Of a stretch of DNA of 64,000 bases, positions 61,672 through 64,000 are shown piece after piece. The notes beneath the pieces were generated by a model that made no database searches, had not been told where the DNA came from, and saw only the letters and a list, made by a program, of their open reading frames with translations. The position numbers and the translations under genes were made by a program. Source of the stretch: Chrysemys picta bellii (taxonomy: Eukaryota); NCBI RefSeq assembly GCF_011386835.1, contig NC_088793.1, forward strand, positions 104,904,001 to 104,968,000, in the 5' to 3' direction. Positions within the stretch are counted from its first letter, which is position 1; each line of letters begins with the position of its first letter.

Positions 61672-62062
61672 ATGGCTGCTTCTGGCCCAGGACCACAAGC
61701 ACAGAGTGGTGGGATCATGTCATGATGGAAATTGGGTGACTAGCAGTAGGCCCGGAACTTTTGAATGAGAAAAGCCACATTCCTGGAGCTGTCTGAGGAG
61801 CTCACCTTGGCCCTTGAGCACAGAACACCCAGATGAGGTGCAATAATGGTCCAGAAGCGCATTGCTATCGCCATGTGGAAGTTGGCAATAACAGACTTTT
61901 ACAAATCTGTTGATAATCAATTCAGGGTAGGCAAATCAATGGTTGGCACAGTGGTCATAGAAGTTTGCAAGGCAATTAATGCTGTGCAGGCCCCCGCTCT
62001 TGTAAAAATTGGAAATATTCCCAAAATTATTGCAGAGTTTGCACAGATGTGCCCCTTGGATT
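61672..62062 (+). pseudogene. PIF/Harbinger transposase pseudogene (N-terminal/HTH part)
   Basis: FWPRTTSTEWWDH...RKATFLEL...VQKRIAIAMWKLAITDFYKSVDNQFRVGKSMVG matches the Harbinger transposase motif VEKRVAIALWKLAT...NQFGVGKSTV. Stops and frameshifts present. Confidence 0.85.
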
Positions 62063-62131
62063 TGTCCCTCTGGTCCTTGAGCCTGAATAAGTTTCTCAAA
62101 GATATCCCTGTGAAACTCAGTTTATCACGCC

Positions 62132-62357
62132 CAGGGTCGGCTCCAGGGTTTTGGCCGCCCCAAGCAGCCAAACAAACAAACAAACAAAAAAGCCACGATC
62201 GCGATCTGCAGCAGCAATTCGGCGGGAGGTCCTTCGCTCCGAGCAAGAGTGAGGGACTGTCCGCTGAATTGCCGCCGAACAGCTGGAGGTGCCGCCCCTC
62301 TCCGAAGTGGCCGCCCCAAGCACCTGCTTGGTAAGCTGGTGCCTGGAGCCGGCCCTG
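62132..62357. mobile_element. Young hAT MITE inserted in the Harbinger remnant
   Basis: TIRs CAGGGTCGGCTCCAGG / CCTGGAGCCGGCCCTG, perfect TSD ATCACGCC. Same end family as the 26423 and 45280 elements. Confidence 0.93.
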
Positions 62358-63759
62358 ATCACGCCCTTATTTCATGATCATGGCATAGATACTGTACCAG
62401 CAGCTTCTCCTCACATTCTTCCTCCTCCTTCCTTTGCTTCTCCTCACACTCTATGTGCTTTCCTGGTCTGATGGAGTAATCCATAGGTACCTCAATGATT
62501 ACATCATTTGCTATCCTCTGTCATTCTGACCTCAAATTCGGAGACCTTCCAATGATATTGAGTGCTCTCCTAGTTGGCCTCCCATCCCTGGAACAGTCTA
62601 ACACAGTCTCACTTGGTCCTGACAGAGGGAAAAGACATTGGTGAACACCCATGACTCCTATAATTTCATACTCATTGCTGGCAGCTGCAACCAATTAAGT
62701 AGCAGCCATCTCGTAAGAATGCCATTCTCTTGGCTGACTCTCTTGCCGAGCAAACTTTGGCCTGTGGTGAACCTTTGTAAAGCCGTTTTCTCAGGAAAAG
62801 AAATGGTGAGATGCTTTTACTTTTCAGCTCTCCAAAAAATATCTTTTCGGGAAAGGCTTGTGGGCATGGGGTAGAGGCCAGCCCTGGGAAAGACAGCTGC
62901 AATCGTGATTATGTTGAGTCCAGCCCAGGCTGCTGTAACCCTATTACATAGTCAAATTCCAGGCCTCAGAAGGAGCTTTTCCATGTATACAAAAGAAATC
63001 GTACCGTGTCTCGTGGCAGAGGAACTGATAAGCGACTGAAGAGGTACTGTAAGTTACAACAGTGACAGAGGGAGGCTTGCCTTACCAAGGACTCTCAGAG
63101 ACCGCCTGGAACGTTCACTGAGTGAAAACTCTATATTTTATTACTCTCCAGGAATGGCCCAATATAAGTTCAGCAATAAACCGCCTTCTGCACTAGTGGG
63201 AAGGGGCCTTAGCAGGGGTATTTGGTCCTCGAAGGACTGTTATGGCAAGTTACATTTTGTCTGGGCTATGGCCAAAAAGGTTTTTACTTTTGGATTAACG
63301 CTTTTCCATTTTAAAATTTTTTACTGCATTCAGCCACTGTAAACAGCCAGTTTGCAGGGTCTTTTCCTCTGCTTCTCTGCCATTTAAAACAGCACGGTCA
63401 GGGTATGGGGAATTGGGGGAGGGGGGGTTGGATCAGTGTAATGGCACAGCATCTGCCCTCAACTTAAGTGCCAGCGAGAATTATAATGTAAAACCCATCC
63501 AAATATGTCACGGTATCCTTCATAATAATATCAAAGATGGCTGTGCCCACATTACCTGGCTGAGATGCTGTGTCCTCCCCAATGTTTCTGTTTGAGGCCC
63601 CTCAATCCCGCTGGGCTCTCCTTGTTCCAGATTAAAGAAGAGTTCCCGACATGACTAGGAGATGATGTCCTTTTTGAGGATGGTGTCTCCCCCCACACCT
63701 GAGCTGTCTGTCTGGTGTGTGTGTGGGTGTCTTCACAGACATCCAAGTTCTGAATTTAC

Positions 63760-64000
63760 ACCTGTCCTGGTTCCAAAGGTGAGTCCATGCCGGGATGGTG
63801 CTCTGTGTTTGGAGCACTGCTCAAAAAACACTCTATTTCATCATAAAACAGACTGATAGCCAGGCCAGCAACAGTTTTCTTATGCTTATCTTTGGCCTTT
63901 TGGTACCTCACCTTGAGCCCCTTTATCTTCTCCCTGTATCACTGCCTGGTTTGATCCCATGGTCGGCCAGCAGCTGCTGAGATGTACCATCATATTGTTG
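63760..64000 (-). pseudogene. Myb/SANT-like (trihelix) ORF pseudogene, second Harbinger gene, runs off the window end
   Basis: Minus strand reads Q*YREKIKGLKVRYQKAKDKHKK...FYDEIECFL, typical of the QCR-KIK-L...Y-K...FYDE Myb/SANT-like domain. Confidence 0.7.

Noticed and set aside
46500-64000. IL20RA terminal exon expected from mammalian synteny
   Set aside because: No matching translation found on the minus strand. It probably lies beyond the window.
1-64000. CRISPR arrays, rRNA genes or prokaryotic operon-like systems
   Set aside because: Repeats are vertebrate TEs and mini/microsatellites without unique spacers, and genes are spliced eukaryotic genes.

Overview
Vertebrate genomic DNA, most likely a turtle (inferred from the repeat complement: tRNA-headed SINE with a CR1 tail, CR1 LINEs, Penelope, hAT and Harbinger MITEs). 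It holds the last two coding exons of PEX7 (+, 349-448 and 21583-21651, separated by a 21.1-kb intron) and the complete two-exon SLC35D3 gene (+, 34047-34482 and 36190-37016, 420 aa) with its CpG-island promoter. This is the PEX7-SLC35D3 order known from mammals. IL20RA, the next gene in mammals, was not found. The rest is intron or intergenic DNA dense with transposable elements, several with verifiable TIRs and target-site duplications. There is no prokaryotic-type system, CRISPR array or true tRNA/rRNA gene. The most interesting signal is a minimal hammerhead-ribozyme architecture with covarying stems in two different Penelope-like inverted-repeat elements; all four copies look degraded. 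Others are a composite hAT unit with two left ends inside one TSD, a hAT inserted into the palindromic centre of a Harbinger MITE, a tail-to-tail CR1/RTE fusion, a decayed two-gene Harbinger, and candidate enhancer/promoter motifs upstream of SLC35D3. Family names come from pattern recognition, not database searches.
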